Shown: piece after piece, positions 34,041 through 51,524 of the stretch
Layout of the letters: each line of letters begins with the position of its first letter
How positions within the stretch are numbered: the stretch's first letter is position 1
Assembly: GCA_964016885.1 (NCBI GenBank)
Contig: OZ024744.1
Location: 6,076,001-6,140,000 of the forward strand
Source of the DNA: Eledone cirrhosa
Taxonomy: Eukaryota
DNA length: 64,000 nucleotides
Direction: 5' to 3'
Notes under the pieces: generated by a model
Told to the model about the DNA's origin: nothing
Databases searched by the model: none
The model's input: the letters and a program-made list of their open reading frames with translations, nothing else
Made by a program: the position numbers and the translations under genes

Positions 34041-36573
34041 CACCACCACCAACATCAGCACCAACACCAACACCACCACCATCACCAACACCACCACCAC
34101 CACCAACACCACCACCAACAACACCACCAACACCACCACCAACAACAACACCACCACCAATACCAACACCACCACCAACACCAACAACAACACCACCACC
34201 AACACGACCACCAACACCACTACCGACAACACCACCAACACCAACACCACCACCAACACCAACACCACCACCAACACCACCACCAACACCAACACCACCA
34301 CCAACACCAACACCAACACCAATACCACCACCAACACCAACACCACCACCAACACCACCACCATCATCAACACCACCACCACCAACACCACCACCAACAG
34401 CACCACCAACACCAACACCACCACCAATACCACCACCAATACCACCACCAACACCAACACCAATACCACCACCAACACCAACACCACGACCAACACCAAC
34501 ACCACCACCAACAACACAACCAACACCAACACCACCACCAACACCAACACCATCACCAACACCAACATCACAACCAACACCACCACCAACACCAACACCA
34601 TCACCAACACCAACACCAAAACCACCACCATCACCAACACCACCACCAACACCATCACCAACACCACCACCAGCAACAAAACCACCATCATCAACACCAA
34701 CACCGCCACCAATACCAACAACAACACCACCACCAACAGCAACACCAACACCAACACCAACACCACCACCAGCAACAACACCAACACCAACACCACCACC
34801 ACTAACCATCACCAACACCACCACCAACACCACCAGCATCACCAACACCACCACCAACACCACCACCAACACCATCACCACCACCAAAACCACCACCAAC
34901 ACCATCCAACAACACCATCACCAACACCACCACCAACACCATCACCACCACCAACACCACCACCAACGCCATCACCAACACCACCACCAACACCACCACC
35001 AACACCAACACCACCACCAACACCACCACCAACACCACCTCCAATACCAACACCAACACCACCACCGACACCACCACCAACACCAACACCAATACCATCA
35101 CCAACAACAACACCACCAACAACAGCACCACCAACACCACCACCATGACCAACACCACCACTAACATTACCACCAACACCACCAACACCACCACCACCAC
35201 CAACACCAACACCACCATCACCAACATCACCACCATAACCAACATCACCACCAACACCAAAACCACCACCACCAACAACAACAACAGCAACAACACCACC
35301 AACACCACCACCAACACCATCACTAACGTAAATACCAACACCAACACCAACACCAACACCACCACCAACACCAACACCAACACCACCACCAACACCACCA
35401 CCATCACCAACACCACCACCAACACCACCACCAACACCACCAACACCAACACCACCACCAACGCCACCACCAACACGACCACCAACACCATCACCAACAC
35501 CACCACCAATACCAACACCACAACCAACACCACAACCAACACCAACACCTACACCACCACCAACACCACCACCATCACCAACACCACCACCAACAACACA
35601 ACCAACACCACCACCATCACCAACACCATCACCAATACCACCACCAACAACACCACCAACACCAACACCACCAGCTTCACAACACCACCATCACCAACAC
35701 CAACACCAACACCGACACCATCACCAAGACCAACACCATCACCAACACCATCAACAACACCAACACCACCACCAACACCACCAGCATCACCAACACCACC
35801 GCCATCACCAACACCACCACCAACACCACCACCAACACCACCACCAACACCAACACCAACACCATCACCAACACCAACACGAATACCATCACCAACACCA
35901 ACACCACCACCACCATCACCAACAACGCCACCTACACCGCCACCAACACCACCACCAACACCATCAACCGCACCACCACCACCAACAACACCAACACCAA
36001 CACCACCACCAACACCAACACCATCACCAACACCAACATCACAACCAACACCACCACCAACACCAACACCATCACCAACACCAACACCAAAACCACCACC
36101 ATCACCAACACCACCACCAACACCATCACCAACACCACCACCAGCAACAACACCACCATCATCAACACCAACACCGCCACCAAAACCAACACCAACACCA
36201 CCACCAACAGCAACACCAACACCAACACCAACACCACCACCGACACCACCACCAACACCAATAGCATCACCAACAACAACACCACCAACAACAGCACCAC
36301 CAACACCACCACCATGACCAACACCACCACTAACATTACCACCAACACCACCAACACCACCACCAACACCAACACCACCATCACCAACATCACCACCATA
36401 ACCAACATCACCACCATAACCAACATCACCACCAACACCAAAACCACCACCACCAACAACAACAACAGCAACAACACCACCAACACCACCACCAACACCA
36501 TCACCAACATAAATACCAACACCAACACCACCACCAACACCACCACCAACACCAACACCACCACCAACACCAA

Positions 36574-39500
36574 CACCAACACCACCACCAACACCACCAC
36601 CATCACCAACACCACCACCAACACCACCACCAACACCACCACCAACACCAACACCATCACCAACACCACCACCAACACCAACACCACCACCAACATAAAT
36701 ACCAACACCAACACCAACACCACCACCAACACCACCACCAACACCAACACCACCACCAACACCACCACCAACACCAACACCAACACCACCACCAACACCA
36801 CCACCAACACCAACACCACGACCAACACCAACACCACCACCAATACCAACACCATCATCAACACCACCACCAACACCACCACCAACACCATCACCAACAC
36901 CACCACCACCACCAACACCACCACCAAAACCACCACCATCACCTACACCAACACCAACACCAACACCATCACCAACACCATCACCAACAACACCACCAAC
37001 ACCAACACCAACACCAACACCAACACCACCACCATCACCAACACCACCAACAACAACAGAACCAACACCAACACCAACACCATCACCAAAGCCACAACCA
37101 CCAACACCATCACCAACATCAGCACCAACACCAACACCACCACCATCACCAACACCACCACCACCACCAACACCACCACCAACAACACCACCAACACCAC
37201 CACCAACAACAACACCACCACCAATACCAACACCACCACCAACACCAACAACAACACCACCACCAACACGACCACCAACACCACTACCGACAACACCACC
37301 AACACCAACACCACCACCAACACCAACACCACCACCAACACCACCACCAACACCAACACCACCACCAACACCAACACCAACACCAATACCACCACCAACA
37401 CCAACACCACCACCAACACCACCACCATCATCAACACCACCACCACCAACACCCCCACCAACAGCACCACCAACACCAACACCACCACCAATACCACCAC
37501 CAATACCACCACCAACACCAACACCAATACCACCACCAACACCAACACCACGACCAACACCAACACCACCACCAACAACACAACCAACACCAACACCACC
37601 ACCAACACCAACACCATCACCAACACCAACATCACAACCAACACCACCACCAACACCAACACCATCACCAACACCAACACCAAAACCACCACCATCACCA
37701 ACACCACCACCAACACCATCACCAACACCACCACCAGCAACAAAACCACCATCATCAACACCAACACCGCCACCAATACCAACAACAACACCACCACCAA
37801 CAGCAACACCAACACCAACACCAACACCACCACCAGCAACAACACCAACACCAACACCACCACCACTAACCATCACCAACACCACCACCAACACCACCAG
37901 CATCACCAACACCACCACCAACACCACCACCAACACCATCACCACCACCAAAACCACCACCAACACCATCCAACAACACCATCACCAACACCACCACCAA
38001 CACCATCACCACCACCAACACCACCACCAACGCCATCACCAACACCACCACCAACACCACCACCAACACCAACACCACCACCAACACCACCACCAACACC
38101 ACCTCCAATACCAACACCAACACCACCACCGACACCACCACCAACACCAACACCAATACCATCACCAACAACAACACCACCAACAACAGCACCACCAACA
38201 CCACCACCATGACCAACACCACCACTAACATTACCACCAACACCACCAACACCACCACCACCACCAACACCAACACCACCATCACCAACATCACCACCAT
38301 AACCAACATCACCACCAACACCAAAACCACCACCACCACCAACAACAACAGCAACAACACCACCAACACCACCACCAACACCATCACCAACGTAAATACC
38401 AACACCAACACCAACACCAACACCACCACCAACACCAACACCAACACCACCACCAACACCACCACCATCACCAACACCACCACCAACACCACCACCAACA
38501 CCACCAACACCAACACCATCACCAACACCACCACCAACACCAACACCACCACCAACATAAATACCAACACCAACACCACCACCAACACCACCACCAACAC
38601 CAACACCACCACCAACACCACCACCATCACCAACACCACCACCAATACCAACACCATCATCAACACCACCACCAACACCACCACCAAAACCATCACCAAC
38701 ACCACCACCACCACCAACACCACCAACAACACCACCACCATCACCTACACCAACACCAACACCAACACCATCACCAACACCATCACCAACAACACCACCA
38801 ACACCAACACCAACAACAACACCAACACCACCACCATCACCAACACCACCAACAACAACAGAACCAACACCAACACCAACACCATCACCAAAACCACAAC
38901 CACCAACACCACCACCAACATCAGCACCAACACCAACACCACCACCATCACCAACACCACCACCACCACCAACACCACCACCAACAACACCACCAACACC
39001 ACCACCAACAACAACACCACGACCAATACCAACACCACCACCATCATCCACACCACCACCAACACCACCACCAACACCACCCCCAACACCAACAACAGCA
39101 GCAACACCACCACCAACACAAACACCAACACCAACACCACCACCAACACCAACACCAACACCAACACCACCACCAAGACCACCACCATCATCAACACCAC
39201 CACCAACACCGCCACCAACATCAACACCACACCAACACCACCACCAACAACACCACCAACACCACCACCAACACCAACACCAACACCACCATCAACACCA
39301 CTACCAACACCAACACCACCACCAACACCACGACCATCACCAACACCACCACCAACACCACCACCAACATCACCACCAACACCACCACCAACACCAACAC
39401 CAACACCAACACCACCACCAACACCACCACTAACACCACCACCATCATCAAAACCACCACCAACACCACCACCAACACAAACACCAACACCAACACCAAC

Positions 39501-42500
39501 ACCACCACCAACACCAACACCAACACCAACACCGCCACTAACACTAACACCACCAACACCGCCACCAACACCAACACCACACCAGCACCACCACCAGCAC
39601 CAACACCATCACCCACAACATCACCAACACCACCACCACCATCACCAACACCACCAACATCACCACCACCAACACCACCACCATCACCATCACCAACGCC
39701 ACCACCATCACCAACACCATCACCAACACCACTACCAACACCATCACCCGCACCACCACCACCAACAACATCAACACCAACACCACCACCAACACCAACA
39801 CCATCACCATCACCAACACCAACATCACAACCAACACCACCACCAACACCAACACCAACACCATCACGAACGCCACCAGCACCACCATCACCAACACCAC
39901 CAACATCACCATCACCAACACCACCACCATCACCAAGACCAACACCATCACCACCACCACCACCATCACCACCATCACGAAGACCAACACCATCACCAAC
40001 ACCATTACCAGCACCAACACCACCACAACACCAGCACCATCACCAACACCACCACCAACACCAACACCACCACCAACACCACCACCAACACAAAACCAAC
40101 ACCAACACCACCACCAACACCACCACCAACACCACCACCAACACCACCACCATCACCAACACCGCCACCACCACCATCACCAACACCACCACCAACACCA
40201 CCACCATCACCAACACCACCACCAACACCACCACCAACACCACCACCAACACCAACACCATCACCAACACCACCACCAACACCAACACCACCACCAACAT
40301 AAATACCAACACCAACACCAACACCACCACCAACACCACCACCAACACCAACACCACCACCAACACCACCACCAACACCAACACCAACACCACCACCAAC
40401 ACCACCACCAACACCAACACCACGACCAACACCAACACCACCACCAATACCAACACCATCATCAACACCACCACCAACACCACCACCAACACCATCACCA
40501 ACACCACCACCACCACCAACACCACCACCAAAACCACCACCATCACCTACACCAACACCAACACCAACACCATCACCAACACCATCACCAACAACACCAC
40601 CAACACCAACACCAACACCAACACCAACACCACCACCATCACCAACACCACCAACAACAACAGAACCAACACCAACACCAACACCATCACCAAAGCCACA
40701 ACCACCAACACCATCACCAACATCAGCACCAACACCAACACCACCACCATCACCAACACCACCACCACCACCAACACCACCACCAACAACACCACCAACA
40801 CCACCACCAACAACAACACCACCACCAATACCAACACCACCACCAACACCAACAACAACACCACCACCAACACGACCACCAACACCACTACCGACAACAC
40901 CACCAACACCAACACCACCACCAACACCAACACCACCACCAACACCACCACCAACACCAACACCACCACCAACACCAACACCAACACCAATACCACCACC
41001 AACACCAACACCACCACCAACACCACCACCATCATCAACACCACCACCACCAACACCCCCACCAACAGCACCACCAACACCAACACCACCACCAATACCA
41101 CCACCAATACCACCACCAACACCAACACCAATACCACCACCAACACCAACACCACGACCAACACCAACACCACCACCAACAACACAACCAACACCAACAC
41201 CACCACCAACACCAACACCATCACCAACACCAACATCACAACCAACACCACCACCAACACCAACACCATCACCAACACCAACACCAAAACCACCACCATC
41301 ACCAACACCACCACCAACACCATCACCAACACCACCACCAGCAACAAAACCACCATCATCAACACCAACACCGCCACCAATACCAACAACAACACCACCA
41401 CCAACAGCAACACCAACACCAACACCAACACCACCACCAGCAACAACACCAACACCAACACCACCACCACTAACCATCACCAACACCACCACCAACACCA
41501 CCAGCATCACCAACACCACCACCAACACCACCACCAACACCATCACCACCACCAAAACCACCACCAACACCATCCAACAACACCATCACCAACACCACCA
41601 CCAACACCATCACCACCACCAACACCACCACCAACGCCATCACCAACACCACCACCAACACCACCACCAACACCAACACCACCACCAACACCACCACCAA
41701 CACCACCTCCAATACCAACACCAACACCACCACCGACACCACCACCAACACCAACACCAATACCATCACCAACAACAACACCACCAACAACAGCACCACC
41801 AACACCACCACCATGACCAACACCACCACTAACATTACCACCAACACCACCAACACCACCACCACCACCAACACCAACACCACCATCACCAACATCACCA
41901 CCATAACCAACATCACCACCAACACCAAAACCACCACCACCACCAACAACAACAGCAACAACACCACCAACACCACCACCAACACCATCACCAACGTAAA
42001 TACCAACACCAACACCAACACCAACACCACCACCAACACCAACACCAACACCACCACCAACACCACCACCATCACCAACACCACCACCAACACCACCACC
42101 AACACCACCAACACCAACACCATCACCAACACCACCACCAACACCAACACCACCACCAACATAAATACCAACACCAACACCACCACCAACACCACCACCA
42201 ACACCAACACCACCACCAACACCACCACCATCACCAACACCACCACCAATACCAACACCATCATCAACACCACCACCAACACCACCACCAAAACCATCAC
42301 CAACACCACCACCACCACCAACACCACCAACAACACCACCACCATCACCTACACCAACACCAACACCAACACCATCACCAACACCATCACCAACAACACC
42401 ACCAACACCAACACCAACACCAACACCAACACCACCACCATCACCAACACCACCAACAACAACAGAACCAACACCAACACCAACACCATCACCAAAACCA

Positions 42501-43813
42501 CAACCACCAACACCACCACCAACATCAGCACCAACACCAACACCACCACCATCACCAACACCACCACCACCACCAACACCACCACCAACAACACCACCAA
42601 CACCACCACCAACAACAACACCACGACCAATACCAACACCACCACCATCATCCACACCACCACCAACACCACCACCAACACCACCCCCAACACCAACAAC
42701 AGCAGCAACACCACCACCAACACAAACACCAACACCAACACCACCACCAACACCAACACCAACACCAACACCACCACCAAGACCACCACCATCATCAACA
42801 CCACCACCAACACCGCCACCAACATCAACACCACACCAACACCACCACCAACAACACCACCAACACCACCACCAACACCAACACCAACACCACCATCAAC
42901 ACCACTACCAACACCAACACCACCACCAACACCACGACCATCACCAACACCACCACCAACACCACCACCAACATCACCACCAACACCACCACCAACACCA
43001 ACACCAACACCAACACCACCACCAACACCACCACTAACACCACCACCATCATCAAAACCACCACCAACACCACCACCAACACAAACACCAACACCAACAC
43101 CAACACCACCACCAACACCAACACCAACACCAACACCGCCACTAACACTAACACCACCAACACCGCCACCAACACCAACACCACACCAGCACCACCACCA
43201 GCACCAACACCATCACCCACAACATCACCAACACCACCACCACCATCACCAACACCACCAACATCACCACCACCAACACCACCACCATCACCATCACCAA
43301 CGCCACCACCATCACCAACACCATCACCAACACCACTACCAACACCATCACCCGCACCACCACCACCAACAACATCAACACCAACACCACCACCAACACC
43401 AACACCATCACCATCACCAACACCAACATCACAACCAACACCACCACCAACACCAACACCAACACCATCACGAACGCCACCAGCACCACCATCACCAACA
43501 CCACCAACATCACCATCACCAACACCACCACCATCACCAAGACCAACACCATCACCACCACCACCACCATCACCACCATCACGAAGACCAACACCATCAC
43601 CAACACCATTACCAGCACCAACACCACCACAACACCAGCACCATCACCAACACCACCACCAACACCAACACCACCACCAACACCACCACCAACACAAAAC
43701 CATCACCAACACCACCACCAACACCACCACCAACACCACCACCAACACCACCACCATCACCAACACCGCCACCACCACCATCACCAACACCACCACCAAC
43801 ACCACCACCATCA
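36574..43813. repeat. Near-perfect 3604-bp tandem duplication
   Basis: A constant offset of 3604 holds for ORFs 36943/40547, 37866/41470, 38209/41813, 38745/42349, 39221/42825 and 39544/43148. I spotted only two substitutions by eye (~38816 vs ~42420; ~40099 vs ~43703). Confidence 0.95.
38101..38400. repeat. Module B core, representative copy (18 copies by the ATG landmark)
   Basis: TCCAATACC..ACCGACACC..ACCATGACCAACACCACCACTAACATTACC..ATAACC..ACCAAAACC..AACAGCAAC..(A/G)TAAATA. ATG at 13769, 17770, 19693, 23096, 35145, 36314, 38209, 41813, 45460, 47724, 48917, 50798, 52276, 53361, 56907, 59276, 61334 and 63166. Confidence 0.9.
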
Positions 43814-46800
43814 ACAACAACACCACCAACACCACCACCACTACCAACACCACCACCAACACCAACACCATCACCAACACCACCACCAAGACCAACACCA
43901 CCACCAACACCACCACCATCACCAACACCACCACCAACACCACCACAACACCATCACCAACACCACCACCAACACCACCACCATCACCAACATCACCAGC
44001 AACACCACCACCAACACCAACACCACCACCAACACCAACACCAACACCTCCACCATCACCAACACCACCACCAACACAAAACCATCACCAACACCACCAC
44101 CAACAGCACCACCAACACCACCACCATCACCAACACCTCCACCAACACCATCACCAACACCACCACCAACACCACCAACATCAACAACACCACCACCAAC
44201 ACCACCAACACCACCAACGCCACCACCAACACGACCACCAACACCATCACCAACACCACCACCAACACCAACAGCACAACCAACACCACAACCAACACCA
44301 ACACCTACACCACCACCAACACCAACAACAACACCACCACCAACACGACCACCAAGACCACTACCGACAACACCACCAACACCAACACCACCACCAACAC
44401 CAACACCACCACCAACACCACCACCAACACCAACACCACCACCAACACCACCACCAACACCAACACCAACACCATCATCAACACCACCGCCAACACCAAC
44501 ACCACCACCACCACCAACACCAACACCAACACCAACACCACCACCAACAACAACAACACCAACACCAACACCAACACCAACACCAACACCAATACCACCA
44601 CCAACACCACCACCACCACCAACACCACCACCATCATCAACACCACCACCACCAACACCCCCACCAACAGCACCACCAACACCAACACCACCACAAATAC
44701 CACCACCAATACCACCACCAACACCAACACCAATACCACCACCAACACCAACACCACGACCAACACCAACACCACCACCAACAACACAACCAACACCAAC
44801 ACCACCACCAACACCAAAACCATCACCAACACCAACATCACAACCAACACCACCACCAACACCAACACCATCACCAACACCAACACCAAAACCACCACCA
44901 TCACCAACACCACCACCAACACCATCACCAACACCACCACCAGCAACAAAACCACCATCATCAACACCAACACCGCCACCAATACCAACAACAACACCAC
45001 CACCAACAGCAACACCAACACCAACACCAACACCACCACCAGCAACAACACCAACACCAACACCACCACCACTAACCATCACCAACACCACCACCAACAC
45101 CACCAGCATCACCAACACCACCACCAACACCACCACCAACACCATCACCACCACCAAAACCACCACCAACACCATCCAACAACACCATCACCAACACCAC
45201 CACCAACACCATAACCACCACCAACACCACCACCAACGCCATCACCAACACCACCACCAACACCACCACCAACACCAACACCACCACCAACACCACCACC
45301 AACAACACCACCAACACCACCAGCAACAACACCACCACCACCACCAACACCACCTCCAATACCAACACCAACACCACCACCGACACCACCACCAACACCA
45401 ACACCAATACCATCACCAACAACAACACCACCAACAACAGCACCACCAACACCACCACCATGACCAACACCACCACTAACATTACCACCAACACAACCAA
45501 CACCACCACCACCACCAACACCAACACCACCATCACCAACATCACCACCATAACCAACATCACCACCAACACCAAAACCACCACCACCACCAACAACAAC
45601 AGCAACAACACCACCAACACCACCACCAACACCATCACCAACATAAATACCAACACCAACACCACCACCAACACCACCACCAGCACCAACACCAACACCA
45701 CCACCAACACCACCACCATCACCAACACCACCACCAACACCACCACCAACACCAACACCACCACCAACACCACCACCAACACCAACACCAACACCACCAC
45801 CAACAACACCACCATCACCAACACCACCACCAATACCAACACCATCATCAACACCACCACCAACACCACCACCAACACCATCACCAACACCACCACCACC
45901 ACCAACACCACCACCAACACCACCACCATCACCTACACCAACACCAACACCAACACCATCACCAACACCATCACCAACAACACCACCAACACCAACACCA
46001 ACACCAACACCAACACCACCACCATCACCAACACCACCAACAACAACAGAACCAACACCAACACCAACACCATCACCAAAATCACAACCACCAACACCAC
46101 CACCAACATCAGCACCAACACCAACACCACCACCATCACCAACACCACCACCAACACCACCACCAACAACACCACCAACACCACCACCAACAACAACACC
46201 ACGACCAATACCAACACCACCACCATCATCCACACCACCACCAACACCACCACCAACACCACCCCCAACACCAACAACAGCAGCAACACCACCACCAACA
46301 CAAACACCAACACCAACACCACCACCAACACCAACACCAACACCACCACCAAGACCACCACCATCATCAACACCACCACCAACACCGCCACCAACATCAA
46401 CACCACACCAACACCACCACCAACAACACCACCAACACCACCACCAACACCAACACCAACACCACCATCAACACCACTACCAACACCAACACCACCACCA
46501 ACACCACGACCATCACCAACACCACCACCAACACCACCACCAACACCACCACCAACACCACCACCAACACCACCACCATCACCAACACCTCCACCAACAC
46601 CATCACCAACACCACCACCAACACCACCAACATCAACAACACCACCACCAACACCACCAACACCACCAACGCCACCACCAACACGACCACCAACACCATC
46701 ACCAACACCACCACCAACACCAACACCACAACCAACACCACAACCAACACCAACACCTACACCACCACCAACACCACCACCATCACCAACACCACCACCA

Positions 46801-48200
46801 ACAACACAACCAACACCACCACCATCACCAACACCATCACCAATACCACCACCAACAACACCACCAACACCAACACCACCAGCATCACAACACCACCACC
46901 ATCACCAACACCAACACCAACACCAACACCATCACCAAGACCAACACCATCACCAACACCATCAACAACACCAACACCACCACCAACACCACCACCAACA
47001 CCACCACCATCAACAACACCACAACCAACACCACAACCAACACCAACACCTAGACCAACACCAACACCACCAGCATCACCAACACCACCGCCATCACCAA
47101 CACCACCACCAACACCACCACCATCACCAACACCACCACCAACACCAACACCATCACCAACACCAACACCAAAACCACCACCATCACCAACACCACCACC
47201 AACACCATCACCAACACCACCACCAGCAACAACACCACCATCATCAACACCAACACCGCCACCAATACCAACACCAACACCACCACCAACAGCAACACCA
47301 ACACCAACACCAACACCACCACCAGCAACAACACCAACAACAACACCACCACCACCACCATCACCAACACCACCACCAACACCACCAGCATCACCAACAC
47401 CACTACCAACACCACCACCAACACCATCACCACCACCAACACCACCACCAACACCATCCAACAACACCATCACCATCACCAACACCATCACCACCACCAA
47501 CGCCACCACCAACACCGCCACCAACACCACCACCAACACCAGCACCACCACCAACACCACCACCAACAACACCACCAACACCACCACCAACAACACCACC
47601 ACCACCACCAACACCACCTCCAATACCAACACCAACACCACCACCGACACCACCACCAACACCAACACCAATACCATCACCAACAACAACACCACCAACA
47701 ACAGCACCACCAACACCACCACCATGACCAACACCACCACTAACATTACCACCAACACCACCAACACCACCACCACCACCAACACCAACACCACCATCAC
47801 CAACATCACCACCAGAACCAACATCACCACCAACACCAAAACCACCACCACCACCAACAAAAACAGCAACAACACCACCAACACCACCACCAACACCATC
47901 ACCAACATAAATACCAACACCAACACCACCACCAACACCACCACCAACACCAACACCACCACCAACACCACCACCAACACCAACACCAACACCACCACCA
48001 ACACCACCACCATCACCAACACCACCACCAACACCACCACCAACACCACCACCAACACCAACACCATCACCAACACCACCACCAACACCAACACCACCAC
48101 CAACATAAATACCAACACCAACACCACCACCAACACCACCACCAACACCAACACCACCACCAACACCACCACCAACACCAACACCAACACCACCACCAAC
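41061..48200. repeat. ~7 kb block repeated at ~52609-59760 (offset ~11.5 kb)
   Basis: Offsets are 11548 (41470/53018, 41813/53361, 43148/54696), 11519 (45072/56591), 11447 (45460/56907) and 11552 (46397/57949, 47724/59276). Shared private variants include AACAGCACAACC and ACCATAACCACC. Confidence 0.9.
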
Positions 48201-51200
48201 ACCACCACCACCACCAATACCACCACCAACACCAACACCAATACCACCACCAACACCAACACCACGACCAACACCAACACCACCACCAACACCACCACCA
48301 CCACCAACACCACCACCAGCACCACCACCATCACCTACACCAACACCAACACCACCACCAACACCAACACCATCACCAACACCAACACCAAAACCACCAC
48401 CATCACCAACACCACCACCAACACCATCACCAACACCACCACCAGCAACAAAACCACCATCATCAACACCAACACCGCCACCAATACCAACAACAACACC
48501 ACCACCAACAGCAACACCAACACCAACACCAACACCACCACCAGCAACAACACCAACACCAACACCACCACCACTAACCATCACCAACACCACCACCAAC
48601 ACCACCAGCATCACCAACACCACCACCAACACCACCACCAACACCATCACCACCACCAAAACCACCACCAACACCATCCAACAACACCATCACCAACACC
48701 ACCACCAACACCATCACCACCACCAACACCACCACCAACGCCATCACCAACACCACCACCAACACCACCACCAACACCAACACCACCACCAACACCACCA
48801 CCAACACCACCTCCAATACCAACACCAACACCACCACCGACACCACCACCAACACCAACACCAATACCATCACCAACAACAACACCACCAACAACAGCAC
48901 CACCAACACCACCACCATGACCAACACCACCACTAACATTACCACCAACACCACCAACACCACCACCACCACCAACACCAACACCACCATCACCAACATC
49001 ACCACCATAACCAACATCACCACCAACACCAAAACCACCACCACCACCAACAACAACAGCAACAACACCACCAACACCACCACCAACACCATCACCAACA
49101 CCACCAACAACAACAGAACCAACACCAACACCAACACCATCACCAAAATCACAACCACCAACACCACCACCAACATCAGCACCAACACCAACACCACCAC
49201 CATCACCAACACCACCACCAACACCACCACCAACAACACCACCAACACCACCACCAACAACAACACCACGACCAATACCAACACCACCACCATCATCCAC
49301 ACCACCACCAACACCACCACCAACACCACCCCCAACACCAACAACAGCAGCAACACCACCACCAACACAAACACCAACACCAACACCACCACCAACACCA
49401 ACACCAACACCAACACCACCACCAAGACCACCACCATCATCAACACCACCACCAACACCGCCACCAACATCAACACCACACCAACACCACCACCAACAAC
49501 ACCACCAACACCACCACCAACACCAACACCAACACCACAATCAACACCACTACCAACACCAACACCACCACCAACACCACGACCATCACCAACACCACCA
49601 CCAACACCACCACCAACACCACCACCAACACCACCACCAACACCACCACCATCACCAACACCTCCACCAACACCATCACCAACACCACCACCAACACCAC
49701 CAACATCAACAACACCACCACCAACACCACCAACACCACCAACGCCACCACCAACACGACCACCAACACCATCACCAACACCACCACCAACACCAACACC
49801 ACAACCAACACCACAACCAACACCAACACCTACACAAACCACCAACACCACCACCATCACCAACACCACCACCAACAACACAACCAACACCACCACCATC
49901 ACCAACACCATCACCAATACCACCACCAACAACACCACCAACACCAACACCACCAGCATCACAACACCACCACCATCACCAACACCAACACCAACACCAA
50001 CACCATCACCAAGACCAACACCATCACCAACACCATCAACAACACCAACACCACCACCAACACCACCACCAACACCACCACCATCAACAACACCACAACC
50101 AACACCACAACCAACACCAACACCTAGTCCAACACCAACACCACCAGCATCACCAACACCACCGCCATCACCAACACCACCACCAACACCACCACCATCA
50201 CCAACACCACCACCAACACCAACACCATCACCAACACCAACACCAAAACCACCACCATCACCAACACCACCACCAACACCATCACCAACACCACCACCAG
50301 CAACAACACCACCATCATCAACACCAACACCGCCACCAATACCAACACCAACACCACCACCAACAGCAACACCAACACCAACACCAACACCACCACCAGC
50401 AACAACACCAACAACAACACCACCACCACCACCATCACCAACACCACCACCAACACCACCAGCATCACCAACACCACTACCAACACCACCACCAACACCA
50501 TCACCACCACCAACACCACCACCAACACCATCCAACAACACCATCACCATCACCAACACCATCACCACCACCAACGCCACCACCAACACCACCACCAACA
50601 CCACCACCAACACCAGCACCACCACCAACACCACCACCAACAACACCACCAACACCACCACCAACAACACCACCACCACCACCAACACCACCTCCAATAC
50701 CAACACCAACACCACCACCGACACCACCACCAACACCAACACCAATACCATCACCAACAACAACACCACCAACAACAGCATCACCAACACCACCACCATG
50801 ACCAACACCACCACTAACATTACCACCAACACCACCAACACCACCACCACCACCAACACCAACACCACCATCACCAACATCACCACCAGAACCAACATCA
50901 CCACCAACACCAAAACCACCACCACCACCAACAACAACAGCAACAACACCACCAACACCACCACCAACACCATCACCAACATAAATACCAACACCAACAC
51001 CACCACCAACACCACCACCAACACCAACACCACCACCAACACCACCACCAACACCAACACCAACACCACCACCAACACCACCACCATCACCAACACCACC
51101 ACCAACACCACCACCAACACCACCACCAACACCAACACCATCACCAACACCACCACCAACACCAACACCACCACCAACATAAATACCAACACCAACACCA

Positions 51201-51300
51201 CCACCAACACCACCACCAACACCAACACCACCACCAACACCACCACCAACACCAACACCAACACCACCACCAACACCACCACCATCACCAACACAACCAC
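46030..51300. repeat. ~3073-bp-spaced duplication (46.0-48.2 kb vs 49.1-51.3 kb)
   Basis: ORFs 46397..46756 vs 49470..49829 (offset 3073) and 47050..47457 vs 50124..50531 (3074). ATG 47724/50798. Shared ACCAAAATCACA and ACCAGAACC variants. Confidence 0.85.
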
Positions 51301-51524
51301 CAATACCAACAACATCATCAACACCACCACCAACACCACCACCAACACCATCACCAACACCACCACCACCACCAACACCACCACCAGCACCACCACCATC
51401 ACCTACACCAACACCAACAACAACACCATCGCCAACACCATCACCAACAACACCACCACCACCAACACCAACACCACCACCAACACCACCACCATCATCA
51501 ACACCACCACCACCAACACCCCCA

